Shown here: positions 1 through 8,898 of the stretch, one piece after another
How positions within the stretch are numbered: the first letter of the stretch is position 1
How the letters are laid out: every line of letters starts with the position of its first letter
Assembly: GCA_963760615.1 (NCBI GenBank)
Contig: CAVXDX010000012.1
Location: 3,338-67,337 of the forward strand
Origin: an uncultured Candidatus Micrarchaeota archaeon
GTDB taxonomy: Archaea; Micrarchaeota; Micrarchaeia; Burarchaeales; Fermentimicrarchaeaceae
Reading direction: 5' to 3'
Length of the DNA: 64,000 nt
Notes under the pieces: model-generated
Database searches by the model: none
Told to the model about the DNA's origin: nothing
Seen by the model: only the letters and a program-made list of their open reading frames with translations
Program-made: the position numbers and the translations under genes

Positions 1-2
1 CA

Positions 3-857
3 GTGGCAACAATACTGACAACCGCGCTTGGGAGCAGTATACCGATTATAATTGCACCGGCGATGCACCTATCCATAAGCGACAACCCTGTTGTGAGGGG
101 GAACATCAGAAAGCTGAAAGCTCTTGGCGTGGAGTTCGTTGAGCCTGCAGTGAGCGAAGGAAAGGCGAAGATGGCCGACACAAACAGCATAGTTGCGCTT
201 GCCATGAGGATGCTGTATAAAAAAGACCTGGCTGGGAAGAGAGTTCTTGTCACCACCGGTGCCACGCGTGAGTATATTGATGACGTGCGTTTCATCTCCA
301 ACCCAAGCAGCGGGAGGATGGGGGTGGAGCTTGCGAGAGAGGCATATCTGAGGGGTGCGGATGTGCTTCTGCTCTATGCACATGTGGATGTGGAGCTGCC
401 GCCTTGCATAAAAAGCAAGCACGCTGAGACGACGGAGGATATGCACCATGAAGTACTGGCAAACCTCAGAGGGAGCGACATCGTAGTTCTCGCAGCAGCC
501 CCAGCAGATTTTGCTCCGAGGAGGAAGAGGGGCAAGATTTCCTCCACGGCAGCGCTGAAGCTTACGCTACACCCCGTACCTAAGATAAGCGACGCAATAA
601 AGAGAGCCAAGAAGTTTGCGAAACTTATTCTATTCAAGGCAGAGAGTCATGTGAAGGAGTCTGAGCTGAAGAGGATTGCGCTGAAGAAGCTCAGGGCATG
701 CGATGCGGATATGATAGTTGCAAACGACGTTGGGAAGCCTGGCGTTGGATTTGTGTCTGATTTCAACGAGGTCCTGCTGATAAAGCCTGATGGTTCGGTT
801 AAAAAGGAGAAGGGGAAGAAATCAGAGATAGCAAAGCTGGTTTTTGATTCTCTTTAA
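3..857 (+). CDS. coaBC: Phosphopantothenoylcysteine decarboxylase / phosphopantothenate-cysteine ligase (CoaBC), 5' end truncated by the window edge
   Basis: The CoaB ligase region carries the motif [25 protein letters not shown]. It is preceded by the end of a CoaC-like flavoprotein domain. Confidence 0.8.
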   Translation: MATILTTALGSSIPIIIAPAMHLSISDNPVVRGNIRKLKALGVEFVEPAVSEGKAKMADTNSIVALAMRMLYKKDLAGKRVLVTTGATREYIDDVRFISNPSSGRMGVELAREAYLRGADVLLLYAHVDVELPPCIKSKHAETTEDMHHEVLANLRGSDIVVLAAAPADFAPRRKRGKISSTAALKLTLHPVPKISDAIKRAKKFAKLILFKAESHVKESELKRIALKKLRACDADMIVANDVGKPGVGFVSDFNEVLLIKPDGSVKKEKGKKSEIAKLVFDSL

Positions 858-1282
858 CCTTTCCTGAATTTTGCCAATTTCTCCTTCAGCTCCGGCCTGC
901 TAACTGCGAGAATTTCAACTGCAAGTATAGCAGCATTCCTCCCTCCGTCTATTGACACGGTTGCAACAGGCACACCACTGGGCATCTGCATCATGCTGAG
1001 CAGCGCATCCAAGCCCTCAAGCTTAACATCAACAGGAACTCCTATGACTGGCACTATGACTTTTGAAGCAATGACGCCCGGGAGGGCTGCAGAGAGGCCT
1101 GCAATTGCGATTATGACTTTAGCATTGGATTTTTTGATTATCTCCTCCAATTTCTCAGGAGCACGGTGAGCTGAGGCAACTTGAAACTCGCATGAAACTC
1201 CAAACTCCTTCAGTATGGCAACAGCATCATCTGCTATCTTCTTGTCACTGCTGCTTCCTACAATGATTAAAACATCCATCAA
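854..1282 (-). CDS. purE: N5-carboxyaminoimidazole ribonucleotide mutase (PurE)
   Basis: 142 aa. The protein starts [19 protein letters not shown] and has the typical PurE GS(S)SD loop. Its size is right for PurE. Confidence 0.8.
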   Translation of the reverse strand: MMDVLIIVGSSSDKKIADDAVAILKEFGVSCEFQVASAHRAPEKLEEIIKKSNAKVIIAIAGLSAALPGVIASKVIVPVIGVPVDVKLEGLDALLSMMQMPSGVPVATVSIDGGRNAAILAVEILAVSRPELKEKLAKFRKG

Positions 1283-1288
1283 ATCACC

Positions 1289-1984
1289 TCACTCATATCT
1301 TCCGATGTGTCCGTGGGTTATATTCGACTGTCCCGTTACCATATTGGTGTAGTTTATATAAATGTTCAGGCATCCTATGCTCCCAGCTGGCGGTATGGAA
1401 TCATCCTCATTCTTACAGTAGATCTTGTTGTTTGTATCTCCACCAACAATTTGAGCGTATCCGCCAGATCGAATTAATATGGATTTATTTAGAGGTTCAA
1501 TAATGGTCGGGGTAGATGGGTTGGGGGTTTTTGTATTAATACATTCCACACCAGTTATATTTATATCCGTCCCACTGCCTTGCCCTATGATGAGGATTAG
1601 ACCACCCGTGGTATCGATCTTGCTGCTAATGCATGTGAGACCTGCTGGGAAATAGCATGCGGCGGGACATGGGGCTCCGAGAAAAACATCCCATATTGCC
1701 ATAGATAACCAAATTAGCAGTATAACTATCATGAAAAATAATATATTACGGGTGTGGAGTTTAAGCACTAAGTAGATAGCAACCATCACAACTGAAAGGA
1801 CCATGATTATTTCTGTATACTGGGCAAACTTTTGGATCATTGACAGACCTAAACCAGAACAACTATTTATGCAGGGTGGGGTTGTACTTATGTCATAAAA
1901 CAAGAATAAAGTGATAGCTACGATAACAAAGAACGGAAGATATTTTAGAGTCCAGTGCAGATTCGGTTTATCTTCCTTCATCAA
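1289..1984 (-). CDS. Membrane/secreted protein with a pilin-like beta domain, paralogous to the 17141 and 17646 genes
   Basis: N-terminal TM helices. The C-terminal segment INITGVECINTK...GSIGCLNIYINYTNMVTGQSNI parallels ITITQFNCTSN...GKLFVKYNETDTGFVHVLTGNIVVKYE of the 17141 gene. The gene is inserted between purE and purC and overlaps purC by 4 nt. Confidence 0.45.
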   Translation of the reverse strand: MMKEDKPNLHWTLKYLPFFVIVAITLFLFYDISTTPPCINSCSGLGLSMIQKFAQYTEIIMVLSVVMVAIYLVLKLHTRNILFFMIVILLIWLSMAIWDVFLGAPCPAACYFPAGLTCISSKIDTTGGLILIIGQGSGTDINITGVECINTKTPNPSTPTIIEPLNKSILIRSGGYAQIVGGDTNNKIYCKNEDDSIPPAGSIGCLNIYINYTNMVTGQSNITHGHIGRYE

Positions 1985-2889
1985 ACCACCTCAAACTTCT
2001 TCCTGGTTATAATTTCATATGCTTCAATATATCTCTTGCTGGTCCCCTTGACAACCTCAGGAGGCAGAACAGGCGCCGGGGGCTTCTTGTCCCACTTTAT
2101 GGATTCTAGGTAATCTCTCACCGGCTGCTTGTCAAAGCTTTTCTGCGGTCCTCCTGGCGAGTAGGAGTCTGCAGGCCAGAACCTGGAGGAGTCTGGAGTG
2201 AGCAGCTCATCTATAACAAGAAGCTCTCCGTTGAGCATACCAAACTCGAATTTCGTATCCGCAATTATTATGCCGCGCTCCCTTGCCTTTTCAGATGCTT
2301 TCGTGTATATCGTTATGCTTGCCTCCCTGAGCTCCGTGGCCGTGTATTTGCCTACGCTCTTCTCAAGCTCATGCTCAGTTATATTGATATCGTGTCCTTC
2401 CTCTGCTTTTGTTGACGGGGTGAACAGCGGTTCTGGAAGCTTCTCCGATTCCTGCATTCCTTTCGGCAGGGTGATTCCGCAGACCTCCCCGCTCTTCTTG
2501 TAGTCCTTCCACGCAGAGCCAGAGAGGTACCCCCGCACAACGAATTCGGCGCGTATTGGCTGCGTTTTTCTGACAAGCATTGTCCTTCCTTTGAGTATGC
2601 TGGAGAACTTCCTGGCCTCCTCTGGGAATTCATTTACATCTGTTGCGATGAGATGGTTGGGTATGATATCCTTAGTATAATCAAACCAGAATGCAGAAAG
2701 CCGGTTGAGCACTACGCCCTTGTGCGGTATGCCGTTGGGAAGGACAACGTCAAACGCGGATATTCTGTCAGTTGCAATCATCAGCAGTTCATCCCCCGCT
2801 TCATATGTATCGCGCACCTTGCCCCTGCTGAAGAGCTTCAGCCCCTTCAAATCCGTCTTCAGTACAACACCCATATTCCCACCATTCAT
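1981..2889 (-). CDS. purC: Phosphoribosylaminoimidazole-succinocarboxamide synthase (PurC)
   Basis: The protein carries GKVRDTY...LLMIATDRISAFD, the canonical SAICAR synthetase signature. Confidence 0.85.
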   Translation of the reverse strand: MNGGNMGVVLKTDLKGLKLFSRGKVRDTYEAGDELLMIATDRISAFDVVLPNGIPHKGVVLNRLSAFWFDYTKDIIPNHLIATDVNEFPEEARKFSSILKGRTMLVRKTQPIRAEFVVRGYLSGSAWKDYKKSGEVCGITLPKGMQESEKLPEPLFTPSTKAEEGHDINITEHELEKSVGKYTATELREASITIYTKASEKARERGIIIADTKFEFGMLNGELLVIDELLTPDSSRFWPADSYSPGGPQKSFDKQPVRDYLESIKWDKKPPAPVLPPEVVKGTSKRYIEAYEIITRKKFEVV

Positions 2890-3750
2890 TCAATGAAATA
2901 CAACCGCTCCCAGGAACCCCAGAAGAGCTACGAACATTGCAGCAAGGCTCAGGTTCCTGCTGGATTCCATGAATTCTTTTGAAGTCTTTCTAAGTGAATG
3001 GATTGCGATATACGCCAGCGTTATATCGTTGATGGTTACCGGTACCAAATAGAACGGATTTCCTCTGTAAGGGTTGATATATAGGTATGGCACTGCGCTG
3101 AGCGCTATGCTTATGATGTAAAACAGCGATGAGAGGTATAGCGAATTTCTTATTCCTATGAGCATCGGCAACGTCCTTGAGCCCCTGCCTGCCCTGTCAC
3201 CGCGGACATCTCTGGCAGTCCCCATCATCTCTCTTGCCAAACCGCTCATGAATGCTATGGAGCTGAGCAGGAGCACTGGAGCAGGAACATCGCTGGTTAC
3301 GGCCAGGCTCCCGTAAACAAAAGGCACTGCCATTGTTGATGCGATGTATATATTGCCGACAAATGCGATGTCCTTGAGCCTGAAGCTGTAGAGGCACGCC
3401 AATACGGTGAATGAGAGAGTGATTATGAAGCAGTTTAGATTTATGAAAATTGATATGACAATCCCAAGCACAAAGAGGAGCAGCGAGAGCAGAAGGGCAT
3501 GGCGGGGAGTGATTTCACCACTCACCAGGGGCCTGTCCATCCTCTTGTTTATCCTGTCGCTCCTAAGGTCGAAGTAATCGTTTATTGCGAAGCTTGCTGC
3601 GCTGACGAGCATTGGCGGGAGTATACTTAGCAGAAGGGCATTATACTGCGGAATTGCTTGTAGGGCTATGGCTTCTCCTACTACTACCGCAACTGCTAGC
3701 ATGAATGAATGCTCCAGCCGCACAAGCTTCCAGCAGGCATCAATCTTCAT
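2890..3750 (-). CDS. UbiA-family prenyltransferase, likely digeranylgeranylglyceryl phosphate synthase
   Basis: Polytopic membrane protein with a UbiA Asp-rich motif (NDYFDLRSDRINKRMDRPL). Confidence 0.65.
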   Translation of the reverse strand: MKIDACWKLVRLEHSFMLAVAVVVGEAIALQAIPQYNALLLSILPPMLVSAASFAINDYFDLRSDRINKRMDRPLVSGEITPRHALLLSLLLFVLGIVISIFINLNCFIITLSFTVLACLYSFRLKDIAFVGNIYIASTMAVPFVYGSLAVTSDVPAPVLLLSSIAFMSGLAREMMGTARDVRGDRAGRGSRTLPMLIGIRNSLYLSSLFYIISIALSAVPYLYINPYRGNPFYLVPVTINDITLAYIAIHSLRKTSKEFMESSRNLSLAAMFVALLGFLGAVVFH

Positions 3751-3805
3751 CCGCTCCCCTCCTTAGCAATCATGTTTTAATATTCGAGGATATAAATTAT
3801 AAAGC

Positions 3806-4480
3806 ATGGCTAGGATGGTGTTCATTCCCGAGATGGGATGCTCTGGTGACATGATTCTGGGGGCTCTTGCAGACCTTGGGGCTGAGGATGAGATAAAAGA
3901 GGGGGTAAGAACCGCTCTGGGGTATACTCTGTCATTTAAAGATACACTGAAACATGGGGTGCACGCGAAGATTCTTGAGACTAACTTGGATGAGAAGTGC
4001 TCTCCCGCCAGGATGGTGGAGCTGATACGCTCCTCCGCGGATATACTGGAGTTTGACGACTACCAGATGAAGTTTGCGTGGGATACTTTTGAGACAATCC
4101 TTGAGGCAGAAAAAAGCATCAACAAGCTTGATGGAGCACATCTTCACGAGATGGGCAACATCGACACAGTGGTCGACATAGTTGGAGCGGCCATCGGGCT
4201 TGGCGTGCTTGGAGCGTTCAATTCCGATGTGATATCAGGGCCTGTGGCGGTGGGGACCGAGCCGGCGCCGGCAGCCATCCAGATATTGAAGAAGAGGAAG
4301 TTCGCTTTTTACAAGAGGGATATAAAGCACGAGCTGTGCACACCCACAGGGGCGGGCATAATGGTGAACATTGCACAGGGAGTTGGCAAGATGCCTGAAA
4401 TGAAAGCGTACACGGAGGGCTGTGGTGGGGGGAGCAGGGAGTTCCACCTGCCAAATATCCTTAGGCTGAGAATTCTTTAG
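3806..4480 (+). CDS. LarC N-terminal domain (DUF111) protein; the C-terminal LarC half is absent
   Basis: MARMVFIPEMGCSGDMILGALADLG matches the LarC start, followed by HLHEMGNIDTVVDIVGAAIGL and ELCTPTGAGIM. The ORF ends after 224 aa and agmatinase starts 11 nt later. Confidence 0.55.
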   Translation: MARMVFIPEMGCSGDMILGALADLGAEDEIKEGVRTALGYTLSFKDTLKHGVHAKILETNLDEKCSPARMVELIRSSADILEFDDYQMKFAWDTFETILEAEKSINKLDGAHLHEMGNIDTVVDIVGAAIGLGVLGAFNSDVISGPVAVGTEPAPAAIQILKKRKFAFYKRDIKHELCTPTGAGIMVNIAQGVGKMPEMKAYTEGCGGGSREFHLPNILRLRIL

Positions 4481-4490
4481 GGGTGATTTT

Positions 4491-5372
4491 ATGAAACTGC
4501 TGCACTCGCGACCACCGTACAATTTTCCAGGAATTGAACCTGAGCTGTCATCTTTTGAAAAGGCAAAAGTAGTTGTCTTCCCGGTTCCCTACGACTCAAC
4601 AACATGCTACAGGAGCGGCACAAGAAACGGGCCGCATGCAATAATCAGTGCATCAAGGCAGATGGAGCTTTACGATGAGGAGCTTGGCTACGAGCCTGCC
4701 AGGGTTGGAATACACACTCTTGATGAGCTCGAGCCATCCATGAATTCACCTGAGGAAACCATCAAGAGGGTTGAGAAGGTCATCGCCGAGATAATTGAGA
4801 ACAAGAAATTCCCTTTGATGCTTGGAGGGGAGCACTCCGTCTCTCTGGGTGCCGTGAGGGCGCTTGCAAAGACTTATAGAAACATGAGCGTGCTGCAGCT
4901 TGACGCTCATACGGATTTAAGGGAAGAGTTTGAGGGCACGAAGTTTGGACATACTTCAGTGATGAGGAGAATTTGTGGGCTATGTGACACTGTGCAGGTC
5001 GGCATAAGGGACATGAGCCTGGAGGAGGCGGAGTTCGTAAAGAAAAATAAGCTCAAAATATTCTATGCAAGGAATGCGCCAAAGCCGAGCGAGGTTGTCT
5101 CGCATTTGAAGAGAGATGTGTATGTTTCCATAGATTTGGATGTGTTTGACCCTTCCGAGGTTCCTGCAGTGGGAACCCCACAGCCCGGGGGGCTGCACTG
5201 GCATGACGTGATTGCTCTTCTCAGAGAAGTCGCTTCAAAGAGAAACGTTGTTGGATTTGATGTAGTGGAGCTCTGCCCCATAGAAGGAGACATCTCTTCC
5301 GACTTCCTGGCTGCGAGGCTTGCTTACAAGTTTCTGGGCTATCTTTTTAAGCCACGCCCCCAAAGGCTATAG
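4491..5372 (+). CDS. speB: Agmatinase (arginase/ureohydrolase family)
   Basis: The arginase-fold metal-binding segments are present (GGEHSVSL, DAHTDL, SIDLDVFDPS). Confidence 0.8.
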   Translation: MKLLHSRPPYNFPGIEPELSSFEKAKVVVFPVPYDSTTCYRSGTRNGPHAIISASRQMELYDEELGYEPARVGIHTLDELEPSMNSPEETIKRVEKVIAEIIENKKFPLMLGGEHSVSLGAVRALAKTYRNMSVLQLDAHTDLREEFEGTKFGHTSVMRRICGLCDTVQVGIRDMSLEEAEFVKKNKLKIFYARNAPKPSEVVSHLKRDVYVSIDLDVFDPSEVPAVGTPQPGGLHWHDVIALLREVASKRNVVGFDVVELCPIEGDISSDFLAARLAYKFLGYLFKPRPQRL

Positions 5373-5374
5373 TT

Positions 5375-6565
5375 ATGGACTGGGTGGCTGCTTATCAGGA
5401 TGCATTTGCCTATGCTCAGAGGAATATTGTCAGAAACGCCCTTTTTGCTTATAACGTGAATATCGATGCAGTGAAATACCTTAAAGGTGGCGAGAAGTTT
5501 CCTGCAAAAATCGCAAAACTGCTTAAAAGATGTGTCAGGAATGGCAGGGAAAACGAGGTGAAAATAGACCAGAAAACCCTGCAAATTCTTATGAGGAAGG
5601 TGGGCTACGATGAGATGCGGATGGGAGGGCAGGCAGGGAATATGAGCAACGTTGTATCCTCTCTTGGAGTCCTCTGCTACACCCATGTTCCATCAAAATG
5701 CAGGGAGCAGATGAAGCTTTTCGAGCACCCTGGGAACATCCTGATTGCTGACGGCAGTTTCAAAACTCCTGAGAAGATAAACAGGAAGTGCGATGTGCCG
5801 ATTCATTTCGTTATGGAGTTCGGCAAAGGTTATAAATTCCAGAATGCAGAGGCACCGGCTCCAAACAGGCTCATTGCATCCTTTAACCCACCCTGCGCAG
5901 TCTTGGAGATAGATGATGAATTCAGGAGGCTTGCGCCAAGAATCATTGACACCGTAAGCAGGGCGGTCATATCCGGCTTCCACAACCCCACTATTGGAGC
6001 TGACTTCAGGGATAGGATAAAGAACGTCAGGACGAACATGGAGGAGCTGAAAGGGATGAATCACAGTTTAAAGATTCATGTCGAGCTGGGAGACTTTCAG
6101 AACCTCAAAGTTCTGAAGGAGGTCACCGAACAGATTCTGCCAATGTGCGACAGTGTTGGTTTCAACGAGAATGAGCTGGAACAGATTAGAAAGGTTACCG
6201 GGATTAAGGAGGATGCATGGAAAGCGTGCGACAGGATTTGCAGTGAATTCTGCGGTGCCGTCTTCCACCGCCCGCAGTTCTCCTTCCTCGTGACAAAGGA
6301 GGAGAGTTGCGAGAGCCCATTGCTGTTCGGTTCCCTCCTCGCAGCTCACAGGGCAGCAAACGGAAGAAATGCCTCATTCAAAGAACTGGAGGAATTCGCG
6401 AAGAGCGTTAAGGTGAATGCCGAGGGAGTTGAAAAATACAATGAGTTCAAGAAGGTAAAATTCAGGAACAACGCTTATTTTGCTCCTTCTCTGGATATTG
6501 GGGAGCCCAAGATGACAGTGGGATTAGGGGACTGCTTCACGGCTGGTTATTTCCTGACAAAATAG
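5375..6565 (+). CDS. ADP-dependent glucokinase/phosphofructokinase family sugar kinase
   Basis: The family motifs are present: YNVNIDAV (NxNxD), GGQAGNMSN, and a C-terminal GLGDCFTAG catalytic motif. Confidence 0.75.
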   Translation: MDWVAAYQDAFAYAQRNIVRNALFAYNVNIDAVKYLKGGEKFPAKIAKLLKRCVRNGRENEVKIDQKTLQILMRKVGYDEMRMGGQAGNMSNVVSSLGVLCYTHVPSKCREQMKLFEHPGNILIADGSFKTPEKINRKCDVPIHFVMEFGKGYKFQNAEAPAPNRLIASFNPPCAVLEIDDEFRRLAPRIIDTVSRAVISGFHNPTIGADFRDRIKNVRTNMEELKGMNHSLKIHVELGDFQNLKVLKEVTEQILPMCDSVGFNENELEQIRKVTGIKEDAWKACDRICSEFCGAVFHRPQFSFLVTKEESCESPLLFGSLLAAHRAANGRNASFKELEEFAKSVKVNAEGVEKYNEFKKVKFRNNAYFAPSLDIGEPKMTVGLGDCFTAGYFLTK

Positions 6566-6638
6566 TGCGACCGCCGGGATTTGAACCCGGGTCGTTGGCT
6601 TGGAAGGCCAAAGTCCTACCAGGCTAGACTACGATCGC
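6566..6638 (-). tRNA. tRNA-Gly (anticodon UCC)
   Basis: Hand-folded cloverleaf on the reverse complement. Acceptor GCGATCG/CGGTCGC, anticodon stem TTGGC/GCCAA with loop CTTCCAA, and a GGTTCAAATCC T-arm. Confidence 0.8.
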
Positions 6639-6641
6639 AAG

Positions 6642-6791
<150 letters not shown>

Positions 6792-6836
6792 GCGAGATAA
6801 TTGTATCATGTGAATTTAATAATCCTTTTCGTGCGG

Positions 6837-7280
6837 CTAGATTAGGTGGTTGAAGTCCTCCTTCACAACATTCAAGACAAAATGCGTATTTGTCTTCTCA
6901 ACTCCTTTCATACCCAAGAGGTGTTTTACGAATCTGTTCATCTCCTCCCTATTTTTGAATTTGGCGATCACTATGGCGTCACAAGCTCCGGTTGCATCAT
7001 ACACTCCCATCACATGCGGCAGCTGTGCTATCTCCTTCTCCGCCTCAACTAACTTGCCTTTCCTCGCCATAATCTCAATTATTGCTGTGAGTTCATAGCC
7101 TAGTTTTTCATAGTCAAGTAGGATTGAATACCCCTGTATCACACCATTTCTTTCCAATCCCCTGACCTTTTGAATCACAGTTGAGGTTGAGACTCCCAAT
7201 TTTTTCGATAATGCCCTGAAGGATATTCTTGAGTCCTTACTGAGCTCTTGGATTGTCCTCAGACTCATTTCATCAAACAT
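6837..7280 (-). CDS. Lrp/AsnC family transcriptional regulator
   Basis: N-terminal HTH (RISFRALSKKLGVSTSTVIQKV) plus a C-terminal RAM domain, about 147 aa. Confidence 0.8.
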   Translation of the reverse strand: MFDEMSLRTIQELSKDSRISFRALSKKLGVSTSTVIQKVRGLERNGVIQGYSILLDYEKLGYELTAIIEIMARKGKLVEAEKEIAQLPHVMGVYDATGACDAIVIAKFKNREEMNRFVKHLLGMKGVEKTNTHFVLNVVKEDFNHLI

Positions 7281-7347
7281 ATGTTCACCTCTATTTCGTT
7301 TTTATGGTATTTTTTAGATGAATATACTTTAAAAATATGTTATTATG

Positions 7348-7359
7348 GACATTTGTCCT
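7348..7359. promoter_or_regulatory. Palindrome GGACAtttGTCC in the lrp-glnA divergent intergenic region
   Basis: 12-bp inverted repeat about 75 nt upstream of the probable glnA start, within an AT-rich promoter region. Confidence 0.35.
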
Positions 7360-7395
7360 ATTTTTTAGTATAGGAACAAACTTATATATATTTGA

Positions 7396-8769
7396 GTGGC
7401 TAAAACTAGCTACTCATTGGAGGTGAACGCGGTGAGTGAAAATGAGTTGAAGGAAGGGATACTCAAGAATGCAAAAAAGAACGGATTGAAGTTCGTGAGT
7501 CTGCAGTTTGTAGACATCTTTGGCGTTGCCAAAAACTGCGAGATAACCAGGGATAAACTGGAGGATGCACTCAACTCCGGTCTGTGGTTTGACGGCTCCT
7601 CCATTGAAGGGTTTGCTAGGATTCATGAAAGTGACATGCTGCTCAAGCCAGACCTAAAAACCTTCTGTTTTCTCCCGTGGACAGAGAATAAGGTTGCTAG
7701 GATAATGTGCGATGTTTATACAATCGATGAAAAACCTTTTGAAGGGGATCCAAGGGGGAATCTAAAACATTCTTTGAAGAAACTCAAAGAGGAGGGGTTT
7801 GAGTACAAGGTTGGACCTGAGCTTGAGTTCTTCTTTTTTAGGATGACGGACGGCCTTGCTCCGAATCCCGAGCCCCACGATGCTGGAAGCTACTGGGACC
7901 TGAGTCCGCTGGATTTGGCCGTGGATGTAAAAAGAGAGGTTATTGAGCAGATGGACCGCATGGGTTTGAACATAGAGAGAGGCTCACATGAGGTTGCCCC
8001 TGGACAGCATGAGATAGGTCTTGGATATGGTGATGCACTTTCAATAGCAGATAACGTTCTCACGTATAAGAATACTCTTAAGATGATAGCAAAGAAATAT
8101 GGGCTTTTTGCATCCTTCATGCCGAAACCAATTTTTGGGATAAACGGTTCTGGGATGCACACCCACCAGAGCATATGGAAAAACGGTAAGAATGCATTCT
8201 TCGACGCTGATGATAAGTACGGCCTTTCAAAAATTGCGCATCAATTCATCGCAGGCCAGCTCCACCACGCCAGACCGCTGGCTGGTGTTGTCGCACCAAC
8301 AGTCAACTCATACAAGAGGCTTGTTCCAGGCTATGAGGCACCGGTATACATCTGCTGGGCTCGGATAAACAGGTCTGCTTTGATAAGGGTGCCCAAATCG
8401 ATAAAGGGTAAGAGGGAAGCAAGCAGAATAGAGCTCCGATGCCCAGACCCGTCATGCAATCCGTACTTGGCTTTCGCTGCCATGCTCTCTGCAGGTTTTG
8501 ACGGAATCAAAAACAGGATGACTCCACCAGAACCGCTGGAAGAAAACGTATATCATTTTGATGACAAGAAACTGGAAAAACTTCGGATAGGAACGCTGCC
8601 TGCATCCCTCAGTGAAGCAACTACGGAGTTGGGCAGAAGCAGAGTTATGAGAGAAGCACTGGGCGAGTTTATATTTAACAAGCTGATTGAGATTCAGGAG
8701 AAACAGTGGGATGCCTACAGGACGCAGGTAACTCCTTGGGAGATAGAGAGGTATCTACCAATCCTCTGA
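7396..8769 (+). CDS. glnA: Glutamine synthetase type I; probable true start is GTG at 7432, preceded by SD GGAGGTGA
   Basis: FVSLQFVDIFG beta-grasp start and GS catalytic-domain motifs throughout. GGAGGTGA lies 6 nt upstream of GTG 7432. Confidence 0.85.
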   Translation: MAKTSYSLEVNAVSENELKEGILKNAKKNGLKFVSLQFVDIFGVAKNCEITRDKLEDALNSGLWFDGSSIEGFARIHESDMLLKPDLKTFCFLPWTENKVARIMCDVYTIDEKPFEGDPRGNLKHSLKKLKEEGFEYKVGPELEFFFFRMTDGLAPNPEPHDAGSYWDLSPLDLAVDVKREVIEQMDRMGLNIERGSHEVAPGQHEIGLGYGDALSIADNVLTYKNTLKMIAKKYGLFASFMPKPIFGINGSGMHTHQSIWKNGKNAFFDADDKYGLSKIAHQFIAGQLHHARPLAGVVAPTVNSYKRLVPGYEAPVYICWARINRSALIRVPKSIKGKREASRIELRCPDPSCNPYLAFAAMLSAGFDGIKNRMTPPEPLEENVYHFDDKKLEKLRIGTLPASLSEATTELGRSRVMREALGEFIFNKLIEIQEKQWDAYRTQVTPWEIERYLPIL

Positions 8770-8770
8770 G

Positions 8771-8842
8771 TGGGCCCGCCCGGGATCGAACCGGGAGTTT
8801 TCACCGTGTAAGGGTGACGTCTTACCATTCGACCACGAGCCC
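8771..8842 (-). tRNA. tRNA-Val (anticodon UAC)
   Basis: Acceptor GGGCTCG/CGGGCCC, anticodon stem TCACC/GGTGA with loop CTTACAC, T-arm GGTTCGATCC. Confidence 0.8.
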
Positions 8843-8898
8843 GTTAACTGCGGATATTAACGAATTTCAATTTAAAATACGTTTGGCAATTCAGGTGT

